The notes under the pieces: generated by a model
What the model was told of the DNA's origin: nothing
What the model saw: only the letters and a program-made list of their open reading frames with translations
Databases searched by the model: none
Shown here: piece by piece, positions 31,505-41,113 of the stretch
How positions within the stretch are numbered: the stretch's first letter is position 1
Layout: every line of letters begins with the position of its first letter
Made by a program: the position numbers and the translations under genes
Source of the DNA: Desulfobulbus sp.
GTDB taxonomy: Bacteria; Desulfobacterota; Desulfobulbia; Desulfobulbales; Desulfobulbaceae
Direction: 5' to 3'
Assembly (NCBI GenBank): GCA_012729435.1
Contig: JAAYDD010000351.1
Span: 1-50,278, forward strand
Length of the DNA stretch: 50,278 nucleotides

Positions 31505-31806
31505 GCACTGTACTTGCCCTGCTGTTGGCAATGGTGGCCGGGCTCGGCCTGGGGTTGTTCTATTTCGGCGGTCTGTGGCTCACAGTGCAGCGGCTGGGCC
31601 GCGTCCACAACCCGACCCTGCTCTTTACACTGAGCTTTGTGGTGCGCACGGCGCTGGCGGTGACTGGCATGTACCTGGTGATGGACGGCAGCTGGCAGCG
31701 CATGCTGGCCTGCCTGGCCGGTTTCATTGTTGTGCGCCAGGTGATGCTCTCATGTCTGCGGCCCGACCGTCTGCCACAGACGGTGTGCAAAGGAGCAAAA
31801 CCATGA
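31501..31806 (+). CDS. atpR: N-ATPase AtpR membrane subunit
   Basis: FYFGGLWLTV, SFVVR, GFIVVR; GTG 31501 after GGAGG. Confidence 0.87.
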   Translation: MSTVLALLLAMVAGLGLGLFYFGGLWLTVQRLGRVHNPTLLFTLSFVVRTALAVTGMYLVMDGSWQRMLACLAGFIVVRQVMLSCLRPDRLPQTVCKGAKP

Positions 31807-32528
31807 CCATCACCCCTGATGCCATCGTCTTCTGGAAACTCGGTCCCTTCCCGATCAGTGCCACCTTAGTCTTTACCTGGGCGGTGATGGTGCTGCTGGC
31901 CGGCGGCTCATGGCTGGTTACGCGCAAACTGACAGGTGGAACTTCGGTGTCTCGAGGTCAGCTGCTGCTGGAGATTGTACTCAACACCATCCGCGGGCAG
32001 ATCCGCGACGTGGTCGATACCGACGCGGACCGCTACCTGCCCTTCATCGGCACTCTGTTCCTGTTCATTCTGGTGTCCAACATACTGGTGGTGGTGCCCG
32101 GATTCCAGGCGCCCACCGGCTCCCTTTCAACCACCACTGCACTGGCGCTGTGTGTGTTTGTGGCAGTGCCGGTGTTCGGTATTATGAACCAGGGGCTGCG
32201 CGGGTACCTGAAGACATACCTGCAGCCGACCTGGCTCATGCTGCCGTTCAACATCCTCTCGGAGCTGACGCGGACGGTCTCGCTGTCGATCCGCCTGTTC
32301 GGCAACATGATGAGCGGCACCATGATCGCGGCGATAGCACTGGCGATCGCACCGCTGTTTTTCCCGACCATCATGAACGTTCTCGGCCTGCTGATCGGCG
32401 TGATCCAGGCCTATATCTTCTCAGTCCTGGCCCTGGTCTACATCGTCTCGGCCGCCCGCGTCCACGAAGAGCAACCCGGCGGGACACATAACGACAACAA
32501 AGGAGGAAGCATCCGTGGAGAGCCTTGA
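31803..32528 (+). CDS. atpB: N-ATPase a subunit
   Basis: PFIGTLFLFI, PTGSLSTT, ELTRTVSLSIRLFGNMMSG, IQAYIF; ATG 31803. Confidence 0.93.
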   Translation: MTITPDAIVFWKLGPFPISATLVFTWAVMVLLAGGSWLVTRKLTGGTSVSRGQLLLEIVLNTIRGQIRDVVDTDADRYLPFIGTLFLFILVSNILVVVPGFQAPTGSLSTTTALALCVFVAVPVFGIMNQGLRGYLKTYLQPTWLMLPFNILSELTRTVSLSIRLFGNMMSGTMIAAIALAIAPLFFPTIMNVLGLLIGVIQAYIFSVLALVYIVSAARVHEEQPGGTHNDNKGGSIRGEP

Positions 32529-32793
32529 GCTTATTGGTATGATCTCAATCATCGTGGCGGGCGCCACCGTCGGTATCGGTGCCCCGATCACCGCCATCGG
32601 TGAGGGCTGGGCAGTGTCACGCGCAATGGGCGCTCTGGCCCAGCAGCCCGATGCCGCGCCGGTGATTTCGCGCACACTGTTCATTGGTCTGGCAATGACC
32701 GAGTCCTCGGCAATCTACTGCTTTGTCGTGTCGATGATCCTGATCTTTGCCAACCCGTTCTGGAACCACTTCCTGGGACTGGCCGGAGGCTGA
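32515..32793 (+). CDS. atpE: N-ATPase c subunit
   Basis: GEG (Glu30), QQP loop, ESSAIY (Glu63), FANPFW. Confidence 0.93.
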   Translation: MESLELIGMISIIVAGATVGIGAPITAIGEGWAVSRAMGALAQQPDAAPVISRTLFIGLAMTESSAIYCFVVSMILIFANPFWNHFLGLAGG

Positions 32794-32795
32794 CC

Positions 32796-33578
32796 ATGCC
32801 GATCGACTGGTTCACGCTGGTGGCCCAGGGCATAAACTTCCTGGTTCTGGTGTGGCTGCTCAAGCGCCTCTTCTACGACCGGATCATCCATGCCATGAAC
32901 CAGCGGGAGGCAGGCATTGCCGGTCGTCTGGAGGAGGCTGCACAGGCGCGCAGGGCCGCTGAAATGGAAGCTGCGAAGTACCGTGCCGGCACGCAGGAGC
33001 TTGAACAGCAGCGCGAGGAGATGCTGGCGCGCGCCGCTGACGAGGCTGAGGCGCGGCGTCAGGCGCTGCTCAAGGATGCGCGCGAGCAGGCTGACAAGGC
33101 GCAGCAGCAGTGGCTCAAAACGCTGCAGCGTGAGCGCGAGAACCTGCTGCAGGACTTTCGCGAACGCGTTGGTCAGGGTGTGTTCGCGCTGGCCGGTCAG
33201 GGCCTGAAGGAGCTGGCTGATGCGGATCTCGAAGCGCAGATATTAAAAGTGTTCGTCCGGCGGATCCAAGACCTCGACCCGGACGGACGTGAGGCAATCA
33301 TGGCAAAGATCCGCGACTCCAGCGGCAGAGTCAAGGTCAGCACGTCCTTTCCACTGAGCAGGCAGGCCCGGGACGTACTGACAGGAACCCTGCATGAGTA
33401 CCTGGGCGAAGACATCCGGGTGCGGTTCGGAACCGACGCGAACCTGATCTGCGGAATCGAACTGCGCGCCCGCTCACACTGCCTGTCCTGGAACCTGGCC
33501 TCCTGGCTGGAGGGGCTGGAAGCACGGGTATTTGCAGCACTGGATGAGGGCACCCGGGATCATGCCGCTGACCACTGA
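32796..33578 (+). CDS. atpF: N-ATPase b subunit with delta-like C-terminal extension
   Basis: [20 protein letters not shown]; coiled coil; LICGIEL C-terminal. Confidence 0.9.
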   Translation: MPIDWFTLVAQGINFLVLVWLLKRLFYDRIIHAMNQREAGIAGRLEEAAQARRAAEMEAAKYRAGTQELEQQREEMLARAADEAEARRQALLKDAREQADKAQQQWLKTLQRERENLLQDFRERVGQGVFALAGQGLKELADADLEAQILKVFVRRIQDLDPDGREAIMAKIRDSSGRVKVSTSFPLSRQARDVLTGTLHEYLGEDIRVRFGTDANLICGIELRARSHCLSWNLASWLEGLEARVFAALDEGTRDHAADH

Positions 33579-35127
33579 ACCAACGGCTGCCGGCACGGTG
33601 CAAAAGCCGCTGCACACGTCCATCAGGATGGCACTGGACACCGTCATGCAGGTGCTGGCAGACACACGCGCGGAGCTGGTGACCCATGAGATCGGCAGAG
33701 TGGTCTCGGTGGGCCCGGGGGTGGCACAGATGCGCGGCCTGACCGGCGTCCAGGCCGAGGAGCTGGTGGAACTGGAGGGTGGTCTGCTCGGGATGGCCTA
33801 CAACCTCGACCCCGACGAGGTCGGCGTGGTGCTGCTGGGTGCGGGTAACGCGCTGACAGCAGGCAGCTTTGCCCATCGCACAGGCCGTATCCTCGACGTA
33901 CCGGTCGGCGATGAACTGCTCGGGCGCGTGGTGGGCGCGCTGGGTAACCCGCTGGACGAGCTCGGACCGGTACGCACGCACGAGCGCCAGCCGGTGGAAC
34001 GACCGGCGCCACCGATCCTGCACCGGGCACCGGTCGCCAGACCGCTGCAGACCGGACTGAAGGTCATCGATTCGCTGCTCCCCATCGGCCGCGGTCAGCG
34101 CGAACTGATCCTCGGTGACCGGCAGACCGGCAAGACCGCCATCGCCCTGGACACCATCCTCAACCAGCATGACCAGAACGTGATCTGCGTGTACTGCAGC
34201 ATCGGCCGGCGTACTTCAGAGGTGGCCGAGTTCCTCACCCACCTGCGCCGCCACAACGCCCTGCCCTACAGTATTATTGTTGCCGCCTCGGGCGACGAGC
34301 CGCCGGGCGTCCAATACATCGCTCCGTACGCGGCAACAACCATTGCCGAATACTTCATGGAGCAGGGCCGTGACGTGCTGATCGTCTACGATGACCTCAC
34401 CCGCCATGCCCGCGCCTACCGCGAGCTGTCGCTCTTGATGCGCCGACCGCCCGGCCGCGAGGCCTACCCCGGCGACATCTTCTACGTCCATTCGCGACTG
34501 CTCGAACGTGCCACCCAGCTGCGCCCTGAACACGGCGGCGGCTCGCTGACCGCACTGCCCATCGCCGAGACGCAATCGCAAAACATCTCCGCCTACATCC
34601 CCACCAACCTGATCTCCATCACCGACGGTCAGATCGTCCTGTCGCCGACGCAGTTTCGCAAGGGCATTCTGCCGGCCGTGGATGTGGGCCGCTCGGTATC
34701 CCGGGTGGGCGGCAAGGCACAGCTGCCGTGCTATCGCGCTGTGACCGGACAACTGCGGCTGTCGTACACGCAGTTCGAAGAGCTGGAGATCTTTGCCCGC
34801 TTTGGTACACGGCTGGACGAGACCTCGGTCACCACACTTGAACGCGGCCGCCGGGTGCGTGAGGTGCTTCGGCAGCTGCAGTACCGGCCTATGCCGGTTG
34901 CCGAACAGGTTACGGTGCTGCTGGCCGCCGGCGAGGGACTGTTGAATGGTGTGCCGGTGACGCAGGTTGCAAGGATCGAGCGGGCGATCCGCATCGCTGT
35001 CCTCGAACAGCTGTCGGAAATCTGCCAGCGCATGGAGTCCGGCGAACCGCTCACTGAAGAGGACCGCACCGGGCTAATGCGCGTGATCGGTGATGTACTG
35101 GCTGCTGCCGGGGAAGTCGTGGTATGA
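33562..35127 (+). CDS. atpA: N-ATPase alpha subunit
   Basis: [47 protein letters not shown]. Confidence 0.95.
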   Translation: MPLTTEPTAAGTVQKPLHTSIRMALDTVMQVLADTRAELVTHEIGRVVSVGPGVAQMRGLTGVQAEELVELEGGLLGMAYNLDPDEVGVVLLGAGNALTAGSFAHRTGRILDVPVGDELLGRVVGALGNPLDELGPVRTHERQPVERPAPPILHRAPVARPLQTGLKVIDSLLPIGRGQRELILGDRQTGKTAIALDTILNQHDQNVICVYCSIGRRTSEVAEFLTHLRRHNALPYSIIVAASGDEPPGVQYIAPYAATTIAEYFMEQGRDVLIVYDDLTRHARAYRELSLLMRRPPGREAYPGDIFYVHSRLLERATQLRPEHGGGSLTALPIAETQSQNISAYIPTNLISITDGQIVLSPTQFRKGILPAVDVGRSVSRVGGKAQLPCYRAVTGQLRLSYTQFEELEIFARFGTRLDETSVTTLERGRRVREVLRQLQYRPMPVAEQVTVLLAAGEGLLNGVPVTQVARIERAIRIAVLEQLSEICQRMESGEPLTEEDRTGLMRVIGDVLAAAGEVVV

Positions 35128-36029
35128 GCCGGAATCTGGAATCGATACGCCGCCGGATCAGTACCGCTGAGGACCTGTACGGCGTAGTCCGGGTGATGAA
35201 GGCCATGGCCGCTTCCAGCGTGCGGCAGTACGAAGCTGCGGTGGATTCGCTGGCCGAGTACAGTCGCACCATTGAGGCCGGGCTGCAGATCGCCCTGCAC
35301 AACCGGCCTGAGTCCATCGGGCCCGAGGATACGTCTGCCCGGCGTACAACAATGATCGTATTCGGGTCTGACCAGGGCATGTGCGGCCCCTTCAACGAGC
35401 AGGTCACAACTTTTGCGCTGGAGCAGCTTGACACCCTTGGCAGCAGCGGCAGCAGCACAGCAGTGCTGGTTGTTGGCGCACGTGCGGCGGGCAGGCTGGA
35501 AGATGCGGGCTGTACCCTGGTGCGTCGACTGCCGATGCCAAGCTCAATTGCCGGCATCAACCCGGCGGTTCACGAACTGTTGCTTGCAGTGGAGGAGCTG
35601 CGTTTCAACGGCGGTATCGACCGATTGCTGGTTGTCCACCACAGGATGGAGGATCTTGGCGGCTCACGGCTGCAGGCGCTGCAGCTGCTGCCCGTTGACC
35701 GCGTCTGGCTGGACCGCCTGGCCGCCAGAGACTGGAAGTCGCGCTCCCTGCCGACCTTCAGCATGAAGTGGCGCGACCTGTTCTCCTCTCTGATCCGGCA
35801 GCATCTGTTCGTTGCCCTGTACCGCGCCTTTGCCGAATCGCTGGCCAGCGAAAACACCAGCCGCCTCGCCTCAATGCAGGCGGCTGAGCGCAACATCCAG
35901 GGCCACCTCAGCCAGCTGCAGCTCGACTATCACCAAGGAAGACAGGAGTCGATTCAGGCGGAGCTGCTGGACATCGTGGCCGGTTTTGAAACCCTGACCG
36001 GAGATAACAAAAGATCGTCCGGCTGGTAA
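35124..36029 (+). CDS. atpG: N-ATPase gamma subunit
   Basis: [52 protein letters not shown]. Confidence 0.93.
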   Translation: MSRNLESIRRRISTAEDLYGVVRVMKAMAASSVRQYEAAVDSLAEYSRTIEAGLQIALHNRPESIGPEDTSARRTTMIVFGSDQGMCGPFNEQVTTFALEQLDTLGSSGSSTAVLVVGARAAGRLEDAGCTLVRRLPMPSSIAGINPAVHELLLAVEELRFNGGIDRLLVVHHRMEDLGGSRLQALQLLPVDRVWLDRLAARDWKSRSLPTFSMKWRDLFSSLIRQHLFVALYRAFAESLASENTSRLASMQAAERNIQGHLSQLQLDYHQGRQESIQAELLDIVAGFETLTGDNKRSSGW

Positions 36030-36053
36030 AAGACGGCAAACCGAAAAACACGA

Positions 36054-37019
36054 TCACAAAAACGATCGGCTCACCGCAAGCCAGGCAAAAAGTGCACCGA
36101 CCAGGGTGGTGCAGGTCAAAAGCCTACAGGCCCCGCCAATATGCCGTGGTTTCACCGGATCCAGGTTCACCCCGATGTACGGCTTGTCCACCAGAACCCC
36201 GTGGTAGTAGTTCGGCCCGTTCAGACGCACCCCCAGGGCACCGGCAAAGGCGGCCTCCGGATAGCCGGCATTGGGACTGGCATGATTCGCCCCCTCTTGA
36301 AAGGCAACCTGCAGGGAACGCAGTGCGGTAAACCCAGGCGCCAGTGCGGCGGCCAGCGCGATCAACAGCGGTGAAAGCCGGGCCGGCAGAAAATTTGCCG
36401 CATCATCGATCCGGGCCGCAGCCCGGCCAAACAGGAGATAACGCTCGTTTTTATAACCGACCATGGAGTCAAGGGTGTTGACCATCTTGTAGGCCAGGGC
36501 CAATGGCGCACCGCCGATGGCAGCAAAAAAGAGCGGTGACAGTATGCCGTCAACCGTATTCTCCGCCACGGTCTCCACCGTTGCCCGGGCTATGTCATCG
36601 GCCTGGTACCGAGTAACATCCCGGCCCACGATCATGGCCACCTGGGAACGGGCCTGATCAACCTGATTCAGGGCCAGGGAGGCACGAATCTCCATGGCTG
36701 CCCGATGGAGGGAACGGGCTGAAAGACAGAAGAAAAGAAGTACACTCTCCACCGCAAACCCGATCACAGCATGCATCTGCCAGGCCAGAAACGTAATCGC
36801 GGCAGCAACCGCCCAGCATGCAAAGATCAGACTCACGGCAAATCCCAGACCGGCCAGCTGCTCGTCTGCAATCCTTCGACGCCACAGGGGCTCGCTTCTG
36901 GTGATGGCCCACCCCATCCAGCGGATCGGGTGCGGCAGCCAGCGGGGATCGCCGATCAGGGCGTCCAGACAGCAGGCAGCGGGAATGGTCAGCCAGGCCA
37001 GATAACCAGCAAGTTCCAT
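36054..37019 (-). CDS. cbiB: Adenosylcobinamide-phosphate synthase
   Basis: GDPRWLPHP, IVGRD, AENTVDG, NTLDSMVGY, SPNAGYPEAAFAGALG. Confidence 0.93.
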   Translation of the reverse strand: MELAGYLAWLTIPAACCLDALIGDPRWLPHPIRWMGWAITRSEPLWRRRIADEQLAGLGFAVSLIFACWAVAAAITFLAWQMHAVIGFAVESVLLFFCLSARSLHRAAMEIRASLALNQVDQARSQVAMIVGRDVTRYQADDIARATVETVAENTVDGILSPLFFAAIGGAPLALAYKMVNTLDSMVGYKNERYLLFGRAAARIDDAANFLPARLSPLLIALAAALAPGFTALRSLQVAFQEGANHASPNAGYPEAAFAGALGVRLNGPNYYHGVLVDKPYIGVNLDPVKPRHIGGACRLLTCTTLVGALFAWLAVSRSFL

Positions 37020-37026
37020 ATTATAC

Positions 37027-38103
37027 TCATGGTTGTGAATGAACATGCGCCAGAAGATGCCCGGCCACAGCAGTGTTTGCAGTCGTATCCTTCAAGGCGA
37101 TGCGGATGTAGCTCTCATCAAGCCCGTGGAAGTTGGCGCAGTTACGGATGAGAAAGCGCTTTTCAGAAAGGGCGCGGCAGACAGAGTCTGCGGTGTGCCC
37201 CTCTGGCAGACGGATGAGCAGATAGGAGGTGGTGCTCGGGTAGACAACCAGGGGCGCGCCGGCAAGACGCTCCCGAAAAAGTGTGCTTTCAACGTCCAGG
37301 TGTTCGCGGGTCCGGGCAATAAAGGCGGCGACTGTCTCCGGATGATCGCCGATATAGCGGACTGCCTCCTGGGCCAGACTGTTGACGCACCAGGGCTGCA
37401 TGTGGCCGCGAAAACGTTTGATCACAGACGGGCCGGCCACGAGAAACCCGACACGCAACCCCGGTATGCCGAAGATCTTGGAGGCGGACCAGAGGACAAT
37501 GACGTTTTCTAGCCCGCACTGACACATGCTCTGATCGTCTCCGGCAAAGGGCAGATACGATTCATCAATGATGAAGCGGACGCCGGGGTGCCGGGTACAC
37601 AGGTCAAGCAACTCCCCATGGGAGATCAACCGGCCTGTCGGGTTGTTGGGATTACAGAGAAAGACAGTGTCCACCCCGGCCAGTCGAGCACCCAGCTCCT
37701 CCACATCCACAGCAAAATCACAGCCCGGAGAGGTGAGGAAAAATTCAGGTGTGATCCCGTGGAGCCGGGCACTGTCGGTATAATCGGCATAGGTCGGCCC
37801 AACAATCAGCACCCGCCTGCTTTGCAGAACTACACAGGCAGTGTGAATGAACTGGGTTGTCCCGTTGCCGGCGAGAACCCGCTGCCCGTCCACACCAAGC
37901 AGGGCGGCAACCGCACGGACAGCACCTTGTGCATCAACTTCGGGAAGTGATGTAATCCGGCCCATCTGCCCCCGGAGATGCTCGATCAGCCCGGGCAACG
38001 CACCAAGCGGGTTGATGTTGCTGCTCATATCAACAATATCTTCCGGCCGGCAGCCCAGCTCTTTGGCCAGCTCAACAACGTTGCCGCCATGTCCTTCTAT
38101 CAT
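37027..38103 (-). CDS. cobD: L-threonine-O-3-phosphate decarboxylase (PLP)
   Basis: HGGN, DMSSNINPLG, CNPNNPTG, DESY, SASKIFGIPGLRVG, IRNCANF; cob context. Confidence 0.87.
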   Translation of the reverse strand: MIEGHGGNVVELAKELGCRPEDIVDMSSNINPLGALPGLIEHLRGQMGRITSLPEVDAQGAVRAVAALLGVDGQRVLAGNGTTQFIHTACVVLQSRRVLIVGPTYADYTDSARLHGITPEFFLTSPGCDFAVDVEELGARLAGVDTVFLCNPNNPTGRLISHGELLDLCTRHPGVRFIIDESYLPFAGDDQSMCQCGLENVIVLWSASKIFGIPGLRVGFLVAGPSVIKRFRGHMQPWCVNSLAQEAVRYIGDHPETVAAFIARTREHLDVESTLFRERLAGAPLVVYPSTTSYLLIRLPEGHTADSVCRALSEKRFLIRNCANFHGLDESYIRIALKDTTANTAVAGHLLAHVHSQP

Positions 38104-38202
38104 AATGGCTCCATGCACGTGTAAAAAAACAGATCACAGGTAAAAGACATGCACACGGTGGTGTCGCACAACCGATCAGCAGCGGAGACGACCCGGCCGC
38201 AA

Positions 38203-39723
38203 TCAGCTCTGCAGACGGGTCTGCAGTTCCGGGGGCAGTAAACGGGTAATTGCCCCGATGTCAAGATGGGTTGCAGCATGCTCGGCCAGCTGGTCATACG
38301 CCCGGTCACGGGCAGCCGGACCGTGCAGCTGATCAACCTTCACACGGCCGAGCCCGATTCCCTGCAGCCAGCGCCGGGTAATGTCCGGGGTATCGAAAAA
38401 ACCGTGCATATAGGTGCCCATCACCCGCTGATCGGCACGGATACACCCGTCAGTATCGTTGCAGGGGGAGCCGTTGCGCTCCTGTATGCACAGCAGACTC
38501 CGCCGGTCCGGGCACGTACTCTGCCCCATATGAATTTCATAACCGCACCCGGCAATGCCCTCCCAGGTAAAGGCGGTGAGCGTGGTGGTCTTCGGGGCCT
38601 TGAGTACAGTCTCAACCGGCAGCAGACCCAACCCCCTGATACTGCCGGCCGGGCCTTCGATGCCGTCCGGATCATGCACCCAGGTCCCGAGCATCTGATA
38701 ACCGCCGCAAATACCCAGCAGATGCCCGCCGCCATCGGTGTACCGCAGAAGATGATCCCGCCATCCGGTATCCCCAAGCCATTTAAGATCTGCAGCAGTG
38801 GCCTTTGAGCCGGGCAGGATGACCGCCTGCAGCTGATCCAGCGGCTGCGGCTGTTCAAGGTAGAGAAGCCGGCAGTCAGGCAGCTGCGCCAGGGGATCAA
38901 AGTCTGTGAAGTTCGAGATGTGCGGAAGCCGGATAACGCCAATGGCCGGTCGATCGGTGTCCGGAGAAGTACGCCGGGCAAGTTTCGGTCCCTCGATCAC
39001 CACTGCATCCTCCGCCTCAATATGAAAATGCTTAAACCAGGGCAGAACACCAAAGACCTGTTTACCGGTCCGCTCTCTGATCCAGTCAATTCCGGGCTGG
39101 AACAGGGTAAGATCGCCGCGGAACCGGTTGATGACAAAGCCGCGGATCCGCTCCTGCTCCTCCGGTGACAGACAGGCGAGGGTACCGACGATCTGGGCAA
39201 ACACACCGCCCCGGTCTATATCAGCCACGAGAACAACCGGAGCGTCGGCGTAGGCGGCCATGCGCAGGTTAACAATGTCATGCGCCATCAGGTTAACCTC
39301 GGCGCAGGAGCCGGCTCCTTCAAGAATGATGAGATCATACTTCTCCCGCAGCCGGTCAAGCGCGGCCCGGCTCTCGGCAAAGAGAAACTCTTTTTTGTCC
39401 GTGTAGGATCGGGCAGAGGCATCAATCCAGGCCGCACCGTTGAGCACCACCTGGGCACCGACATCGCTCACCGGCTTGAGCAGCACCGGATTCATATCAC
39501 AGTGCGGTGCTATCCGCGCGGCCTCGGCCTGCACAATCTGGGCCCGTCCCATCTCCGCTCCCTCGGCCGTGACTCCAGAGTTATTGGACATGTTCTGTGC
39601 CTTGAACGGAGCGACGCGGAGCCCCCGGTTGACAAAGATCCGGCACAGGGCGGTGGTGACAATCGACTTACCCACATCTGATCCGGTCCCCAGTACTGCC
39701 AGACAGGCCGCCTGTTTTCCCAT
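38203..39723 (-). CDS. cobQ: Cobyric acid synthase
   Basis: GTGSDVGKS, PFKAQNMS, EGAGSCAE, SNFTDFD, GICGGYQMLG, GYEIH, GTYMHG. Confidence 0.96.
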   Translation of the reverse strand: MGKQAACLAVLGTGSDVGKSIVTTALCRIFVNRGLRVAPFKAQNMSNNSGVTAEGAEMGRAQIVQAEAARIAPHCDMNPVLLKPVSDVGAQVVLNGAAWIDASARSYTDKKEFLFAESRAALDRLREKYDLIILEGAGSCAEVNLMAHDIVNLRMAAYADAPVVLVADIDRGGVFAQIVGTLACLSPEEQERIRGFVINRFRGDLTLFQPGIDWIRERTGKQVFGVLPWFKHFHIEAEDAVVIEGPKLARRTSPDTDRPAIGVIRLPHISNFTDFDPLAQLPDCRLLYLEQPQPLDQLQAVILPGSKATAADLKWLGDTGWRDHLLRYTDGGGHLLGICGGYQMLGTWVHDPDGIEGPAGSIRGLGLLPVETVLKAPKTTTLTAFTWEGIAGCGYEIHMGQSTCPDRRSLLCIQERNGSPCNDTDGCIRADQRVMGTYMHGFFDTPDITRRWLQGIGLGRVKVDQLHGPAARDRAYDQLAEHAATHLDIGAITRLLPPELQTRLQS

Positions 39724-39773
39724 AGTTTCTCTCCCCGGTGTTCAGTCTCAGACAAACACTCGTCGCCTCCGGT

Positions 39774-40289
39774 TTAGACTTCAATACCTTTACGGGCCTG
39801 CACACCCTCATCGTAATAGTGTTTGACCGCACGCATGTCTGTGACAAGATCCGCCTTCGCTATCACCGATGCCGGTGCGCCCCGCCCGGTGAGGACAAGT
39901 TCCACTGATGGAGGCCGTTCAGCAAGAAGATCAAGCAGATCCTGCTCGTCAAGAAGCCCGAGTGCACAGGCCACGTTGACCTCATCGGCAATAACCAGGT
40001 CATACTTTCCTGAACGTAACGCCGCCTTCAGCGTTGCCAGACCGGCACGGGCCGCATCAATATCCGCCTGCTCCGGAGTGGTGACGAGCATGCATCCCCT
40101 GCCGAGCTGCTCGACGATGATGAGATCAGCCAGACGGGCGAGGATGGCCAGTTCACTGTACTCGGCATTCTTGATAAGCTGTCCTATATATACACGCAGC
40201 CCGGCTCCGGCAGCCCGTAACGCCAGACCGAGGGCGGCAGTGGTTTTCCCTTTGCCGTCACCGGTATAGATCTGCACATATCCCTGCAT
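39774..40289 (-). CDS. cobO: Cob(I)alamin adenosyltransferase (CobO/BtuR)
   Basis: YTGDGKGKTTAALG, DEVN, LTGR, ADLVT, ARKGIE. Confidence 0.94.
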   Translation of the reverse strand: MQGYVQIYTGDGKGKTTAALGLALRAAGAGLRVYIGQLIKNAEYSELAILARLADLIIVEQLGRGCMLVTTPEQADIDAARAGLATLKAALRSGKYDLVIADEVNVACALGLLDEQDLLDLLAERPPSVELVLTGRGAPASVIAKADLVTDMRAVKHYYDEGVQARKGIEV

Positions 40290-41113
40290 ACCCTTTACCC
40301 CCTTTTTCTTTTCAGGTGGTCTATTAGAAAATCACAACTCTTCAGTCAACAGCTTTTCATGGCCGGATTCATCAGAAGCGCCCTCATGACATCCGCCGGG
40401 TCGCATCATCAGAATTCAACAGACAGAACTTCCCCGGCTGTTCAGGCGCCGGCAGCAGCTTCCATCCGCGTTCACTCTGACCGCCCGGAACACACACTCC
40501 CGGAGGTACAAGGAATGATGCGTTGATTCCCGCAGACAGGCATTACCACTCCTGATGCATGTCCCGTTGTACCCCGCAAGTCCTCCAACGAAACAATCCT
40601 CTACAAAACTCGTTTTTCCTGGCACATCCAGAGGTGCTGCTTTCTTATATCCTGTTTTTATTAAAAAAACGACAATACGAAAAAAGATCATTTTTTTTCT
40701 CGCCCCCTCCTTCCTCTTAAAGCATGGAATGAGAAGGGGTTAATGACCCCCTCTGTCTGCTAAGCTAAAAACAGAGCTTTATTGAGCTAAATCGAGAAAA
40801 ATTAAGCTCTCCGCGGATATCTCTTTGTTGACAGACTGTTGATAACTTTCCGAATACCACGATAACAATATGATTTCACGAGAAATAGTTTAACGTCTCT
40901 CAATTTCGACGCTATCTGCACCGGTTAGACACCGCAGGCGCCGGAAAGCCTGATCTCGGCTGGAACTTTTCATACTGACAGAACAGAGTCATTTTGGAGG
41001 TAAAATCAGGATAAATCGCTTTTGACCGGAAAGTGGTTTTTCGGTAGACCAGAGCCCACTCAACAGACCGGAAATTTTCAGCAGCCGAGTTGTCTCAGAA
41101 AGGAAGAGCTTTT

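Noticed and set aside
36030-36053. attR duplication of the tRNA-Asn 3' end
   Set aside because: No copy of the tRNA 3' sequence was seen here or at 28.4-29.4 kb, and no integrase is present.
40290-40700. Cobalamin riboswitch upstream of cobO
   Set aside because: Only scattered GGGAA words on the minus strand. The core GGGAA..GGTG..AA.CC, GCCACTG and B12-box elements were not found.
40290-41113. oriC
   Set aside because: No cluster of consensus TTATCCACA boxes and no dnaN/gyrB/rpmH context; only a few imperfect boxes.
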